This document shows, in pieces, positions 36,413-49,360 of a DNA stretch of 64,000 nucleotides. A program made the translations under genes and the position numbers. Under the pieces are notes generated by a model. That model saw only the letters and a list, made by a program, of their open reading frames with translations. It did not search any database and had not been told where the DNA came from. This DNA is from Lama guanicoe (taxonomy: Eukaryota): assembly GCA_013239625.1 (NCBI GenBank), contig MU054187.1, positions 12,565,325 to 12,629,324 on the forward strand, given 5' to 3'. How positions within the stretch are numbered: the first letter of the stretch is position 1; every line of letters begins with the position of its first letter.

Positions 36413-38425
36413 TCAAAACTTAGAAATTAAATTTATGTATTCTATTTTTATAATAATTAATTTAACAATAAATGATATAATAATTTATATTAAGAAAAGA
36501 GGACTAGATTACAATTCTGGCAGCAGGGATATAGGCTAGATAATTACTTTAACTTAATGACTGCCCAGGACAGTTAAATGAACACTTTCAGTACCTAGTG
36601 AAAGTTAGTTTTCCTGAGTAGTAAGTTTAGCTTTAGCAGGAAACATGACTTGTTTTCTTCTATGCCTGCTCCCTACCCCAGATTTAAGATTTTACCTACT
36701 CTTAAAATGCAAACAGAACAGACCCCTCACAAGCCCCCAGCCCCAACACTCATATATACACTGAGAGAGCCAAGTTCCTGAAAAAACTCTGTGGTAGGAA
36801 AATTTATACTTAAGGAATGTAAAGCATTATCAAATAAATTGGATTAGAAATGTTGAAGTTTTTAGTACGTGAAATAAAGAGAACAGTCAGTAACATTTCA
36901 ACCATTTGATATTAATAATAATGGATACTTTTGCAATTAATTTCCATCAATCACTGCTTGCTTCTTAGAAAATTTTCAGGATCTCTATCTGCTAGTTTCA
37001 GTGAAATTTAAAGAAGTGTTCAGTTTGCCTAATAGGAGATAAAACATATATTTCTTTTGTGTCTGATGCCCTGTCTGGATGCCTTTTGAATTTTATGATC
37101 CTGAACTTTTGACTCCAGCTTTCCAGACTGTGGTCCCAGAAATACAGCATAATGTAGGGACCTCACATTTATCACACTTTGGGTAGCCTTTTTTTTTTTT
37201 TTTAACATGTTTGACCTAAGTAAGTAGATATTTCCTAAATTATGTCCTCAACCCAAGAGTCTATATCTTGGCTTTAATCATTGCAATTTGCATAAAACAT
37301 GTCATCAACTCTAATGTGTAGCTCAACTTCCTCCCTCCTTACAGAAGTAGAGTGTAATTCCAAGGTTACTTTTCCACAGCTTCCTTTGTCTCTGGGGATG
37401 GGCCAGTGCAAAAATTTCTGTTCTGCAATCTACTCTGTCTTTTCTATTTCCAATCAAGACTAGTTTTTTTTTTCCAATTATCGCTGATAAGAATGGCATA
37501 ATTTAGGTACTCAGGAACTCAAATTCTCATGGTTGCTAAAAAAAAGTATACAGGAGACTAGGATTTCTTTTAGGAGAAGATTGCTGCTGGAAAAACATTC
37601 TTGTGCTTGGGTGTAGATATTTTTGTTTAGTATTTTAAAATATTTTCCTGTCTCCGTGAGGTAGGTTTATGAGATTGTCCCCTGAGAGAAGTTTTGGATG
37701 GCAATGGGAAAGAAAGGTTGAGTCCTTGGCCAAGTGGACGGGGGTTTATTTAAAGGAGCTGGGATGATGCTGAAGGGCACTAGGAAAGCTGAAGATAAAA
37801 TTTGCCCATCTCATTACTTTGCCTAAAATGGAAATAAAGTCTCCATTCTCCAAGAACTTGAAATCTAGTTTCTACAGCAAGACTTTCTTGCTGTGGAATT
37901 GTGAATTACTGCAGTAATATATATTATCAAAATTATTTGTAGTCTTTTGAGAATTTTTTTAATGAAAACATTAGATCATAATATTTTTAGAGGTAGATTG
38001 GCTTAAATATAATGTTCAGAAAATACTGGAAAAAATGAACTTTGATTCTGAGGTAGTGACTAAGGAAATACAAAAGACCATTTTCATTTAGGGAAAAGTA
38101 GAGCATTTTCAGCCATTATGTCTTTTAGAAAAGGAATATTCAAATAATTGGTTAACTTTATCCTCTATTTTTACCTATTTTAAATGTTAACGTGGTGTCT
38201 GGCACGTAGTAAGTACACAACACTTATCTGTTTTTTTTTTAACACAGTTATAAGTACAAGATTATTGCTTTCGATCTGGAATTTAGAGAAGTTAAGACCT
38301 ATGTTTGCTTTCCTCTCTCTCTCTTTTTCATTAGATTTTGTAGCTCTGTTCTTTATTCAGGGCTGACCCTTTTTATTTAGCTGTTTCTTAGCCTCATCTT
38401 ATTCTCATTTTTTTTTCATTAGCAT

Positions 38426-38817
38426 TGTATAGCTTTGTTAGGGCTACCATAACAAAATATCACAGACTGAGTGGTTTAAACAACAGAAATTTATTTTCTT
38501 GCAGCTCTAGGGGCTAGAAATCGCAATCAAGGCATCTGCATATTTGGTTTCTTGTGAAACTTACATACTTGCCTTGCAGATGGCTGCCTTCTGGCTGTGT
38601 CCTCACAGGGTTCTCCTTCAGTCTCTATGCTTGGTGTCTGTCTCCTAATCTTTCCTTCTAATAAGGACAGCATTCATATTGGATTAGTGCTCACTCCTAT
38701 GACCTCATTTTACCTTAACAACCTCTTTAAAGGCCCTATTCTTCAAATATGGTCTGAGGTATTGGGGGTTAGGGTTTAACATATGAATTTTGGAAGGACA
38801 CAGTTCAGCCTACAAAA
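38426..38817 (-). mobile_element. MLT1 (A/B-like) solo LTR
   Basis: 'agggctaccataacaaaatatcacagactgagtggtttaaacaacagaaatttatt...atatgaattttggaaggacacagttcagcc'. Confidence 0.88.
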
Positions 38818-41800
38818 ACCTCCTTGAACAAATGCCTTTTACTGCATCAGGAATTCAGATAGACCCCAAAATAGGCCTCTGTAAAAGACCAAAGTGAGGA
38901 CTAAGTAGATTTGAAAATGTTCTGTTAAGGTGATCATATCTTCCTGCCAGCTACATACCAAGAACCTAAAAGAAATTGAGCACCAAGTCTAAATAAAATT
39001 GTATATCCTCATTCCTCATTCTCTCTCTCCCCCCCCCCACTCTTACTCTATGTAAGAGCCATGGGCAGGCATTTATACCTTAGAACATTAGGAAGGGCAA
39101 AAAATAGTGTCTAGTGAGTATCTATGATTACACAAAGAAAGGTATTTTATAGTCTTCTTGAATTTTGGTATATAGTCTTAGATTTCAGTGGGCTCAATTT
39201 AAATGAAAGAAGCACTTCTTGAAAGATGTAACTCTTAGATACAAGGACTCATTAGAGCAACAAATAAGAGCTAGTATTAATAGAGATGTTAATGATAATC
39301 ACAGAGGTCCTGCAAGATTTTGATGCTTTTTCAACCCTCAAAGTCACGTTAAAATTGTTCATTATGCATCAGTGGCAAGAGTATTTAATTTTGAGTTGAA
39401 TTAAGTTCCACACTCATCATGATTCTCTGGTTTCTTCTTTGTGTAGACTCTCTGAAACATGGAGTCCTGATGTTTGACGTTTTGCTAGAAGTTCTCTTTC
39501 CTGTTTGAGTTTTTTGGTGAAAAATAAATTGTTAATTTGGAGCTCTTCCCCGTACACCCTGCCCTGCTCTGTTACTGATCGTATCCTCAAGCTTTTTCCT
39601 GTTGGAGTTCCCAGCTGGACTTGGTTGACTTTCCTATCCTTAACTCATTGAGTGGTCTGCTCAGCTACCTTGAAAATTTGCTAGCCTGCATTCTTCTCGG
39701 AGTCTCATTGCCTGGGAGATTGATTTCCTCCTTTTATGCTTTCCCTCAAAGTTTTCCTGGAATAGAACATTTTATTCATACAACTCTCTCACAGAATCCT
39801 GATAAGATATCTCACTTTTGGAAAATTATCTTCAGTTCTAGTAAAAAGGACATTTTCTTGAAGCTTGACTTACTAGTTCTCTCTTCAGCTTCTGAAAATA
39901 CCAAGTTTCTATAGTTCTTTCATGAGACCACCCTAAAGAGCTTCTTTTGTCAAAGATTCAGGCACTAAGTGTCCCAAACGATTGCACAGCCATGTCTGTG
40001 AATGTCATTGTTGTCCTCTAGAATTTTAATAGATAAGCCATGGGGAACTCTACTAGACACCTGGAAACTTAAGGATCCTTTGAAAATTGATCATTCATTT
40101 GTGGGATCTATGGACACGCTCTATTAACTATCCATTTCCTTCCTCTTTCCCTCTCCCATGCAATGACTGTACGAGAAAATCGAATTTTCTGCAAAGAGAC
40201 TAAAATGAATTGTACTTCTTTCAGCAAAGTCCAGTTTGTTTTTTATATGTATAATATATATATATATATTATTTTGTAACTGATTTTTAAATTAGGGAAT
40301 GTAATAGAATAAATGATTCATCAGGAAAAATAGAGTCAGAGACCTCAGAATAGTAGATAAGTGTGTTGGTAAAAATGAATTTCTATTACAGCTTATTTTG
40401 GGTCTTGTTTTCTAAGGTAAGACTCTATTGGCTGTGTGTTGGGCTAAGCCATTTGTATTGTAAATTCTCAGATGTTGAATTTTTACTCTAATTTTCCAAG
40501 ATTTGACTGAGTCTTGAGTCAAAACTGAGTGTGGACTATAGAAAAAAAGCAAGGGATGAAGTTTGAACTAATCAGTTTTGTGATGTATCAGAAGCTTTGT
40601 AAAAGGTCTATTTGCCTGTCTTTTGTTATTAGCAGAATCAAACATTGACTTCTTTTGGTCCGTCTATTATTATTTTTCATTATTGGGCATTCTTCATCCA
40701 ATGACATAATTAGATAATGTAACTTTCGCATTTTTTTGGATAGAAGACATCAGTTTAACCTAATTTAAGTCAGAAAAAATGGCTTAAATAATTCTTATAT
40801 TTAAGTTATGAGAAATTGAAAGGCATGGAAAACTTACCTTCTTCTATCTAGATAAAATCTTTTGTATTGATATATGTTATTTCCTTTAAGAAATGTAATA
40901 GCTCAGGTTGGTTGATTCTGCAGGCTTTTCATTGCCCATATATAGATCTTTTTCTGTTATAGCTAATTGATAAACTCTCTAGGTAACATTTCTGTGCTAG
41001 TCTCAAACACTGTGTATATAGAAATGGAACTTAGCTGTTTAATATGTTGATATAAGTAAAAGATTAGCTTCTTTTAAAATAAAAATGCTCACGTTATAAT
41101 GTTAAAAATGAATCAATTTGTGTGATGCATTTGTATCCTATATAAGTTTAGTTTAACAGCAATAATTTCCTGAAGCTGTTTTTTAGACCACTTGAAAAAA
41201 AAGTTTAACAAGTAAAACACAATGCAGGCTACAGGCTCATAATATGTAGCTCCTCTAAGTGATCCCCCAACTTTTAAAATTTGTTGGACATAAAAGCGGT
41301 GCTAATCTGATTAGTAACTGTGATTGAGTAAATCTACTGTAAAAATGGACCGTTTTCTGGTTTTTAACATGATACCATGAACGTCATTTGAGAACTGCCT
41401 CTGTGGAACATAAAAGTCTCTTTGATGGAATATTTATTCCATGATTAAAAACTATATTTAGTTTTTATTTACGTGTGTGTATATGATTTGTGTTGTTTAT
41501 TTTCATAAAGTCATAAAATTTAGTTCTTAGAAAACAGGCAGGAAAGAAAAACAGTATGACACAAACATCAGTCAAGTCTGGATGTGAACGTAGTTACCAA
41601 AAATTAAGACCCAAGATTATCCAGTGCTCTTTTTAACTTCCACTCCACCCTTCCCCAGACATATGTAGAGAAAAGAGAACTAATATCTGAGAGACTATTG
41701 TGTTTAAGCATTTTACCTGTGGTACCTCATTTAATTAGAAAAGTAAGAAGGACATTTGGAAAGCTTATAAGGTTGAAAAAAACCTGTTAGCTATATTGTG

Positions 41801-43164
41801 AGATCTTGGAAATATTCCTCAGCCTTCTATCTAGGCTGTAGTATATTTTAGCAGTCACAGATACTTCTCTAAAAGCAAAGAAGTTCACTCCTTGGCCTCC
41901 ACATACACTGCAATTAGACATTTTGCAAAATGCCAAAAATCTCTGGCAGTTTAAGCAAAGTCCAGAAAAATGTCAGCACTGCTTATTAATGTATTTATTG
42001 GAAAAAGGGAGGTCATTTTCAAGTTGTTAATATGTATAAAAATATACCAAGAAAGGAAAGATTAAGCAAGTAAAATTAAATTTGCTTATTTCATAGTTAA
42101 TCTGGAATTTAAACTGAAACTTCCAATTTTATCATAGTAGATATCTGTTAAAAATGTCAAATTCTGTGATCCATTTTAATATTTTTTAATAAATCCAGTG
42201 AACACTTTATTTATAAATAAAATCACTTGATGCTTTTATAAGGCTTTTTGTACAAGAATATTGTTATTAACAATGTCATAAAACATGAGTGCAGACATCA
42301 TGGAAGACACTTGATAATCTGTGAGATGGGAGCAATTAGCTGAAGAAAGTTAAGGTTTTGTTTCAGCTTGGCTGCCTGATATTTTCCTGACTTGCATGGC
42401 AATTTTTGAAAGAATTGACCAAGTTTGGTATCATTTTAAGGATTTTAAACAGCATACTGTTTGCTTTATGGTGGAGTCTTCCATCTTCAAAGAAGATGAA
42501 GGTTAATGAAAAGATTTTAGTGAATAAAAAAGTAACCTGCAAGTAAACTTGGATTTTAATGTATGATTTAACTATGAAACCAGCAATTCATATATCCCTT
42601 GGTTTACAGTTATACTAACACATGATTGGTCCCCTTTCTGTAGCTTACGAGTGTATAAAGAAGAAGACAGTAGGGGGGATACTATATGGAGACTGGGACA
42701 AGAGCTTCTAAGGTTTGGATGGGGGCTTCAGGTTGACTACCTAAACATTCAATTTAATGTGTAGGAAGGACTGGTGGGGGGAATGGGAATAGTGGTTAGG
42801 AGAATAGAGTATATGGCGACCATGACGGTTACATTATCCCTTAATTATATTATCCAGTGGGTCGCTAGAGTCCTGAGAATAAAGTCCAAACTCCCATTCT
42901 AAGATCAATACATGCATTAATTTTTCCATCCCTCCCTGTTATTTCCCCAACAATTCTCAGTTGTCACCTTTCAGAAGAATTAAACTGCTTTCATTACCAA
43001 TGAAATTCAATCTGTTTTCATCCAAGAAACAGAAATTTTCCTATTGAAAACCACAATAACTTTTACCAACAAAATAAATGGAACATATGTTATTTCTTTG
43101 GCATTTATTGTCACAAATTCTTCTGTTGTGGTTTATCTTTTGTATGAAAAGAATAAAATTTATT

Positions 43165-43362
43165 GCCCAAGTATGAACTAAATCCTAGCTCCTCTACTTA
43201 CTAAATGCATGACCTTTTGCAAATTACTTAATTTTTCTCTGCCTCAGTATCTTATTTGGGATAAGGAAATAATAGAGCTTCTGTATCGATTAAACAGGAA
43301 AATACAAGTAAGCACTAATTAATTGCTAGCTAAAACTATTCTTGTTGTTGTTGTTTGTTATT
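43165..43362 (+). mobile_element. MIR SINE
   Basis: 'aaatcctagctcctctacttactaaatgcatgaccttttgcaaattacttaatttttctctgcctcagt'. Confidence 0.75.
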
Positions 43363-43439
43363 ACATACTTAATTTCCATGAACTTCTGGCGGTCCTTAGG
43401 ACCTGGCTCTGGGTTAGGAAGTAGAAATTTTGGACAAAG

Positions 43440-43890
43440 GATTTGGCTATTGTTAAGCTCCTTGATATTGGACTATTTTTCCAAAAAGAGTCTAGTAATT
43501 TTTGCAGTGTACCTGTGGAAGTTCCCATTTCACCTGTACCAACCCACCATTTTTATAATTTTGAGTCTTTGCTAAGTAATGTTCAAACAGGATTTTCCAT
43601 ATTCTGGCTTTAATTTTCATTTCTGTGATGATTAAACAGGTTGATTTTAAAATGAGTTTATTTATTTGAAAAAGGCCTTTGTCTTGTTTTTCTTTGCAGT
43701 CTTATTGTTTTGCTCATCAATTTTCATCAGGCCTTTGTTGAAGGATATTAGCTGTTTGTCTTATTTGTTGTAAATATTTCTTCCTTTTAATTTTATATTT
43801 TATATGTGTGGAAATTTTGTGCTTATATAGTGAAATCTGTTGATCTTTTTTCCTTTGAGATTTCTTGCACTGAAAAGCTGCCATTCTTAA
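43440..43890 (-). mobile_element. Old L1ME fragment
   Basis: Degenerate antisense L1 ORF2 end 'ctttaattttcatttctgtgatgatt...ggatattagctgtttgtc...atagtgaaatctgttgatctttt'. Confidence 0.55.
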
Positions 43891-44099
43891 GATTTGTGAA
43901 ACCTGCTGGTTCAGACCTAGTCCTGATTAGTGTAGTATAAAGAGTTGTTTGCTCATCAGTTTTAAGGACTTGGAGTCATTTATTTGTGTGAGCTTACAGA
44001 GTCACTTACTCTTAGTAATTAAAACTTATCAATCATCATAGCAAAGGTTTCCTACTAAATATAAATTTGTTTTTATATAAATCAGATATCCAGTGTCTG

Positions 44100-44290
44100 T
44101 TGATATAGCACATTATAGTTTACAAAGCACTTCTAACAAGTAGTCTGTAATTTTATTTCACTCCTCCGAACAACATTATGGGATAGAATAAGATGGATAT
44201 CATTATATTGTATCTACAAATCTTAGAAAGGATTGGCTTTTCTAAGGTTATGCAAGTAGTGAACGGCAGAGTTGGGACTGGAATAATATA
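44100..44290 (-). mobile_element. MIR SINE
   Basis: 'tatagcacattatagtttacaaagcacttc...ctaaggttatgcaagtagtgaacggcagagttgggactggaa'. Confidence 0.7.
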
Positions 44291-44679
44291 CTTTGTAACT
44301 TTTTAAGGATTTAACTTCTTTGGATTTTAAAATTCCAAATTCTTGCTGTTCCAAATACATGCCAGAGAAGAGGAAAGGAAACATTTGTTGAACTAATATT
44401 TATATTTAAAATATTTACATTTGAGTCTCTACCTTGATTAAATATCCTTTAATTTCTTTTTATTTTCCCTCTAGCAGAAACTATGTAATTTCCTATTAAT
44501 AAAGACTTCTTTTCATTAATCTCATCTCCATCTCATAAACCCTCCCCCTTTTTTAAAAAAAATCATTTTTCAGTAAAGCTCTGCATTTTTACCCTTCTAG
44601 CAATTTGTGCTGATTTTGGCCAAATTAGTCATACTTCTTTTCAAAGATGAAAACTGTGTTTGGCTCTCATAAATATTTA

Positions 44680-44875
44680 GATCCAGGATGCTTTATATAA
44701 TCATTATCTCCTTTAATTTTCAAAGTAGTGTATAAGGTTGATATTATTATTACGCTTTCCATTTTACTGGTAATGAACAAACTTAGACAGATTACCTAAC
44801 TTGCCCAAGGCCTCACACCTAGTAAATATCCATGCTTGAAACCCAGGTATTTCCCTCCTGCATCCTACTGCCTCC
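44680..44875 (-). mobile_element. MIR SINE
   Basis: 'ccattttactgg...taacttgcccaaggcctcacacctagtaaat...ttgaaacccagg'. Confidence 0.7.
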
Positions 44876-45649
44876 CTGGCAGGGATGACTGAAATTCTTT
44901 TCACCTGTTATGATCCTAGAAGTAGTTTTTCTTATGTGTCTGAGCAGCTGTAAATGCACTTCTTGGTTCCTATCCCATAAACCTAATTCCATCTCAGGGT
45001 CATTCTGCACAGCTTGACTTACACATAAAAATTAACTTTTAAGAGGTTTACTTTAGCTTGATAGCCATCTATTCACTGATCTAGAAAGCAGGTATCCTGA
45101 GTGCAATTTCCTTTCTATAAATGAATACCTTGCCCCACTCTTCTGTGAGCTCATTCTTATAGAGTATCACATTTGCATTATTGTTCCAGACTAGATGAGG
45201 GCATACTGACCTACAGTTCTGAAATCCTTTTGGTCTTCAAGTTTCCACAAACAACTGGGCCTGGGTGTGCAAGGGACCTGGACATTGAATTTTGTTGTTG
45301 TTGTTGTTGGAAAAAAGTAAAAGAAAAGAGAAATGGAAAGTACTTTGCAAAAATGGTCACACACAGCTCTTGGAGTGGAAGAAAAGATTTATAGAAAAAG
45401 ATGAAAGGCGCTGAATTCCCACAACACAGACAAAAGATGATTGAGGAGGGAAGTCCTTACTTACAGGATTGATATTAAAAAAGAATTCTGCTGAGAAGAG
45501 AATGAGCTGAAAGGAAGGTTAGTTGTAGCCGAGTATTTAATGTAAAACATGTTTATGTGTGTGTATGTGTGTGTGTGTATATATATACACATACTAGGAA
45601 TGCTGTGTAATTACTGGATTGTTCATATTAATATTACTAGCTAACCCCA

Positions 45650-46375
45650 ATTCAATGTTATGTGTTAGACAGTTAACTCATTTAATCCTCAAAACAAACC
45701 CATGAGTAAGGTACACTTTTATCTCTGTTTTATAAATGAGACTTAGAGAGGCTACTAACTTGCTCAAGGTCACAGAACTAGTAAGTTGTGGAACTGCGAA
45801 ACAAACCCTTAATAGCACTTACCATGCTCCATAATTATTTATGTGCTTTCCGTCCTTCTCCTCCACCAGAATGTAAGCTCCGTAACGGGATGCCTATGTC
45901 TGTCTTTTCACTGCTTCTCAAAGTGCAATCTAAATATAAGAAAAATCACATAATACTTAAGACATACAAAAGATTTAAAGAATAATGCAATGGGTATCCA
46001 TAGACTCACCAACAGATTAAAGATATAGCATATTACCAAGTAGTAGTGGAAACTCTCTGTGTAGCTCCCCACAATGTACTCACTTCCTCAAAGTAACCAT
46101 ATGTTTCTTTCTTTTTAAAAATTATATATTTATATGTTTCTAAGGAATATATAATATAATTCTGCATTTAAAAACTTTGCACTTTTATAAAAATGCTCTT
46201 ATGTGTATATTCTTCTGCAACTTACTGTTGTGTTTGCGAGATTCAACTATGTTGATATATGAAGATTTAATTCATTCATTTTCACTGACACATTGTATTC
46301 TATTGTAATAACCATACCAATATTTATCCTTTCACTGCTGATGGACATTTAGGTTGCTTCCATTTATTTCAATGT
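45650..46375. mobile_element. Patchwork of MIR (-, ~45650-45790), L2 3' end (+, ~45810-45925) and L1ME 3' end (-, ~45930-46375)
   Basis: 'aacttgctcaaggtcacagaactagtaag'; 'ccagaatgtaagctcc'; 'ttcattcattttcactg...gatggacatttaggttgcttcca'. Confidence 0.65.
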
Positions 46376-46379
46376 AGTC

Positions 46380-46742
46380 CAAATTCATATTAGCTTTTGA
46401 ATAACCAACTCACACTGTTAGTTTTTAAATGTGCCATTGCTTGTCTATGATTTGCCAATCTTGTTTCAGTTCATTTTCTGAAAAATTTTAATGAAAGACC
46501 TTATGTTTTGTCCCAATTATATTTCATATTAAATTTTTTGAGGTAGATTTTTCACTTAAAAATCTATCTTGTTAGCTTCACGTAATTTTTCAGCTTGTCA
46601 AAATTTTTTTGGATTGTAATGTGATCACCTGGTATTTTAACTCTTCTTCCATCTTCATGTTATTCACAAATTTGATAAGAAATCCTTCTGTATATTCATT
46701 TAAGCCATTGATAAGAATTATGTTGAGTAGGATAGGAGCTGT
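46380..46742 (-). mobile_element. CR1/L3 LINE reverse-transcriptase fossil
   Basis: ORF-track peptide APILLNIILINGLNEYTEGFLIKFVNNMKM aligns by eye with CR1 RT [29 protein letters not shown], with FADD decayed to FVNN. Confidence 0.75.
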
Positions 46743-47784
46743 TATGCAATGATGCAAAGTCTGTAATTTGCCATGCAATAGTTTGGATTTACCATAGATC
46801 AAAGCAAATTTATTGTTTAGAACTAGATTTGAGGAGGTAAAACATTTGCTACTTTAAACTACCACAGATTCAGGACAGATCCTGAGACTGAAAATTGTGC
46901 TCTGGATTCTCTCCCAAGTATGATCATTGAGTTGGATTAGTTGACCAGATGAATGAGTAAGAATCAAGGGAAATGTAGTAAAGACAAAATCATGCTGGTA
47001 TTTTTCATCTTAGAGTTAATCCTAATATGATCACATGAAAAAAATTTTTTAACTATTTCTGTGGTTTGAATTTAAGGCTCTTACATCTGTCAACCACGAG
47101 GAGGAGCTATGGTCTAATAAGGAAGAAGCTTGCCTTTTCTGGTTGGGAGTGGCAGCTCAAAAGATGATTTTTAAAAAAGAGGCATCTCTTTTTATAGCTT
47201 GGAAAATTATCTTTATCAAAAATGAAACTTTTATAAGAAAATTTAAATGTGCAATCTAGTCTTTATTTTCAAAAGGAAAAGAAACAAGACAATTATATAT
47301 ACTTCAAATAAAACCCCTTCCACTAAGGAAAAAAAGTGAGTTTTCCTTTCTCTTCTAATTAGTTGGATATATAGAATAGACCAATTGGCTCATTCTTTAA
47401 TTATTCACCCAAAATCCTAGGCTTTAGAATGGACAGAGATCTCAGCATCATCTGGTTTGCTTCTTTGCCTTCATGCCTTCAGGTATTAAAGTTTTAAGAA
47501 ATATAGTATAGTCTCAATAATCATTTATTGAATGAATGAATGACCATTCACTGATGTAGGCCACATAGGTTAATTAAGTTAACCATGGGAAAACAATAGT
47601 CAGCCAATGGGGTAAGGATTTGGGAAGAGGAGAAATATCACACCAAATCCCAGGTTTCTAGTTCCTTGGATTATACTTCATATACAAAATTATGCTGTCC
47701 TTTCTGCCTTCTCTGCTTAAGTATAGTCTAAATGTTAAGTTAACACACTATTTTCAGCCACGTTCAAAGATACAGTAATCTACT

Positions 47785-47930
47785 TTGAGGTATAGTGAGC
47801 TTCCAGCCACTGTACATACATAAATGGAGGCTGGCACAATCCACTTGTTTTGGGAGATTGTAGAGGAGATTCCTGCATAAGATGTAACTTTAGAATAGCT
47901 GATCTTGAAGATTCTTTTCACTGCCAATAT
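47785..47930 (+). mobile_element. L3/CR1 3' end fragment
   Basis: 'agtgagcttccagccactg...ggaggctgg...ttgtagaggagattcctgcat'. Confidence 0.55.
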
Positions 47931-47977
47931 TTTAGTTTATTTTGTTTCATTCTATTCTGTTGTCTAATTTAAGGAAA

Positions 47978-48810
47978 ACATTTTATTATGGATAATTTTA
48001 AACATACAGATAAGTAGAAAGAATTTTACAGTCAATACCCATATACCCACCACACTGATTCTGCCATTAAGATTTTACTATAATTGTCCTATCACATATC
48101 TAGCCATCTCTATCTTAATTTTTGGGGGCATTATTTTAAAGTAAATTGTAGATATTAGTATGCTTCTCCTTAACCTCTTCAGCATGTACAATTTATATGT
48201 AGAGTTCTGTATTTGTTTAGTTTTTTTAGGTAAAATGTTCACCTCAAAATGCAGAAGTCTTAAGTGAACATTTGCTGAATTTTGACAAGTTGAATACACC
48301 TGTGTAACCGAAACTAAACTCCTCTCAGATATAGAGCATTCCCATAACTCTAGATGTTTCCCTCACGTCCCTTCCCAGTCAATCCCTGTCCCCCACCCAG
48401 AGGTAACCACTGTTCCTTTTTTTTTTTTTAACATAAGATTAGTTTTACTTTTGTAGAACTTCATGTAAATGGAAATACACTATATACTCTTTGTGACTGG
48501 CTTCTTTTACTCAGCATACTGTTTCTGAGATTCATCAGTCTTGTTGCCTGTATCAGTAGCTTGTTCCTCTTATTTATGACCAGTATTCCATTGTATAAAT
48601 ACACTACAGGGGTTTTTTTTTTTAAAATCCATTCTCCTATTGATGGATGTTTATTTTTTTCCAACCCTTTGATTTACAAATAAAGTTGCTACAGACTTTT
48701 TTGTACCAGTGTTTTTTATGGATATAACGTTTTTCTGTCTCTTGGGTGAATACCTAGGTGTGGAATTGCTAGGTTAAGGTACATGTGCATTCAGTTTTAT
48801 AAATATTTCA
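47978..48810 (-). mobile_element. L1MC/ME-type LINE-1 3' region
   Basis: 'ttttattatggataattttaaacatacagataagtagaaagaa...gaggtaaccactgttc...ttgggtgaatacctaggtgtggaattgctagg'. Confidence 0.8.
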
Positions 48811-49039
48811 TTTTTAGAAACAAATGTCTATAGAATACCTGTGATATGTACTGTGCTAGGTATTGGGGATACAGTTGTGAAGATTAATCAGTCTCTTAAT
48901 ATGTATCATGTTTTTTTCCCCTACAGGTTCAATGTATTATTTTAGAGTTTTCTTTTATGAAGTTGATCGGGCACATTTTCTAAATTACTTTGTGATTTTT
49001 ATTTCAAAATAAATAGCCTCATTAGAAACTATTCCCACG

Positions 49040-49360
49040 ACTACACAGTGGTTAGTACCACAGGTTCTGGAGCCAGAATACCTGGGTTCAGATCCCAGTT
49101 CTACTCCTTATAGCTGTGTGGCCAGCAAAAGCTTACTTAACCTCTCTATGCCCCAGCTACCTCCTGTGATAGCTTCTTGTACATACTTCTAATACCACTT
49201 ATTTAATTATATTGCAATTATTTTCACATGTATTTGTTTTCTCCGCTAGCTGTGGGCTTCTTGAATCAGAGCCCATATCTCACTTATGTATGGAATGTTA
49301 GTACAAAGCATAATACACAGAATAGCAAGTACTCAGTAAACATTTGGTGAATAAATGACT
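49040..49360 (+). mobile_element. MIR 5' part (~49040-49168) followed by L2 3' end (~49170-49360)
   Basis: 'agtggttagtaccacaggttctggagccagaatacctgggttcagatcccag'; 'tactcagtaaacatttggtgaataaatga'. Confidence 0.75.

Noticed and set aside
37290..37420. Possible LTR33/LTR16-like fragment
   Set aside because: Similarity too short and degenerate to call.
39550..39960. 97-aa ORF or possible ancient CR1-like fragment
   Set aside because: Only faint minus-strand resemblance to a CR1 3' region; neither a gene nor a repeat call can be supported by eye.
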